Origin: Dehalococcoidia bacterium
GTDB taxonomy: Bacteria; Chloroflexota; Dehalococcoidia; Lucifugimonadales; UBA1123
Reading direction: 5' to 3'
Length of the DNA: 64,000 nucleotides
NCBI GenBank assembly: GCA_963666185.1
Contig: OY762634.1
Location: forward strand, 3,395,284 to 3,459,283
Shown here: one piece after another, positions 63,110 to 64,000 of the stretch
Position numbering within the stretch: position 1 is the stretch's first letter
Layout of the letters: each line of letters starts with the position of its first letter
Position numbers and translations under genes: made by a program
Notes under the pieces: generated by a model
Told to the model about the DNA's origin: nothing
What the model saw: only the letters and a program-made list of their open reading frames with translations
The model's database searches: none

Positions 63110-64000
63110 ATGAAAATCCTACACTTTGCCGACGTTCATATCGGCGTAGAAAACTACTCCCGAACCGACCCGAATACGGGTCTCTCTACACGGCTTCAGG
63201 ACTTCCTGGAGACGTTCGACGAGCTTGCGGACTACGCTATCGAATCCGACGTTCACCTCGCCCTCTTCTGCGGAGACGCCTACAAGAGCCGCGACCCGTC
63301 CCAGACGCACCAGCGCGAGTTCGCCAAGCGCATAGTGCGCCTGTCCGAGGCCGGCATCCCGTCGTTCCTGCTGATTGGCAACCACGACACGCCCCACGTA
63401 CAGGGACGCGCCACCTCGCTGGACATATACCGCACCCTGCCCATGCCCAGGGTGGTCATCGGAGACAACGCGACTACCTATATCATAGAGACCGCGGCCG
63501 GCCCCATTCAGATAGTCGCCGTCCCCTGGATCCGTCGCAGCCAGTTTCTCGCCAGAGAGGAGATACGCGGCCTCTCGACGTTCCAGATAAACGAGAAGAT
63601 CAGCGAGACGCTGACCAACATAATCCAGACGCAGGCGGAACGACTAGATCCAAATATCCCGGCCATACTCGCCGGACACGTAACGGTCAACGACGCCAGA
63701 ACCAGTTCCGAGCAGTCTATGATGCTGGGCAGCGATCATGTTCTGCTGAGAAGTTCGGTGGCGCTGCCGCAGTTCGACTACGTTGCGCTTGGACACATAC
63801 ACAAGCACCAGGTCATCGGACGGAATCCCCACGTCGTTTACCCCGGGAGTATCCAGCGGATTGACTTCGGCGAAGAAAACGACGACAAGGGATTCTGCGT
63901 CGTCGAACTCGATTCCTCAGAGCCGCAGGGACAGCGTATGAAGGATTTCAGGTTTGAGACTGTGAACGCCAGGCGATTTCTCACGATTGACGTGAAGCTC
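63110..64000 (+). CDS. sbcD: DNA repair exonuclease SbcD/Mre11 family (3' end outside window)
   Basis: I translated this by hand, and it has no stop before the window end. The start reads MKILHFADVHIG. The phosphoesterase motifs GDAYK, IGNHD, AGHVTV and LGHIHK are present. It is absent from the ORF track because it has no stop. Confidence 0.85.
   Translation, partial: MKILHFADVHIGVENYSRTDPNTGLSTRLQDFLETFDELADYAIESDVHLALFCGDAYKSRDPSQTHQREFAKRIVRLSEAGIPSFLLIGNHDTPHVQGRATSLDIYRTLPMPRVVIGDNATTYIIETAAGPIQIVAVPWIRRSQFLAREEIRGLSTFQINEKISETLTNIIQTQAERLDPNIPAILAGHVTVNDARTSSEQSMMLGSDHVLLRSSVALPQFDYVALGHIHKHQVIGRNPHVVYPGSIQRIDFGEENDDKGFCVVELDSSEPQGQRMKDFRFETVNARRFLTIDVKL

Noticed and set aside
1-64000. 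Search for rRNA, tRNA, tmRNA, CRISPR arrays, integrases, transposases and prophage genes
   Set aside because: No intergenic region has cloverleaf-compatible sequence or rRNA-like conservation. No regularly spaced repeat-spacer arrays exist. No ORF shows integrase or transposase motifs. The mobile DNA seen is limited to non-autonomous miniature elements.

Overview
High-GC (about 60% by eye) bacterial chromosomal segment with roughly 55 protein-coding genes. I found no rRNA, tRNA, CRISPR array, integrase or transposase. Housekeeping genes are rpoD, valS, glyQS, folC, fabF, a class-I DAHP synthase and a 3'-truncated sbcD. They are interleaved with catabolic and oxidoreductase genes: three GMC oxidoreductases, a formamidase, an enolase-superfamily enzyme, an HpcH aldolase and a GDP-mannose-3,5-epimerase-like SDR. 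This gene mix is reminiscent of marine Chloroflexota (SAR202-like), but that is only an impression and needs a database search.

Several parts look accessory or unusual:
1. A nitrile-hydratase-family operon whose beta subunit is encoded as two ORFs. A cupin gene leads it, and the alpha stop codon overlaps the nhaA start.
2. An islet at 24.0-27.9 kb with an orphan Cys-rich protein (three CxCxxC motifs), a restriction-modification pair (HNH nuclease plus an M.PvuII-like methyltransferase) and a 150-bp MITE with perfect inverted repeats and a target-site duplication.
3. A visibly lower-GC gene for a protein made of four tandem repeats of about 76 aa, flanked by a nested miniature mobile element.
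4. A lower-GC divergent pair of very large secreted proteins. One (FN3, Pro/Thr linkers, Calx-beta) is separated from its signal anchor by a frameshift at a homopolymer. The other combines plant-type LRRs, FN3 and an HExxH domain. A stand-alone SWIM zinc-finger gene follows the first.
5. A membrane-anchored protein built on an 11-residue repeat, encoded by perfect 66-bp tandem repeats.
6. A fusion of an ArsP-like permease with a CRTAC1/ASPIC-UnbV FG-GAP domain, next to an orphan VWA protein.
7. An Opp/Dpp-like ABC operon without ATPase genes, led by an internalin-type LRR lipoprotein.
8. A decayed Phd/YefM-PIN toxin-antitoxin locus.

Three short palindromic repeat families sit at many gene ends. 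All functional calls rest on motif recognition by eye; no database search was run.
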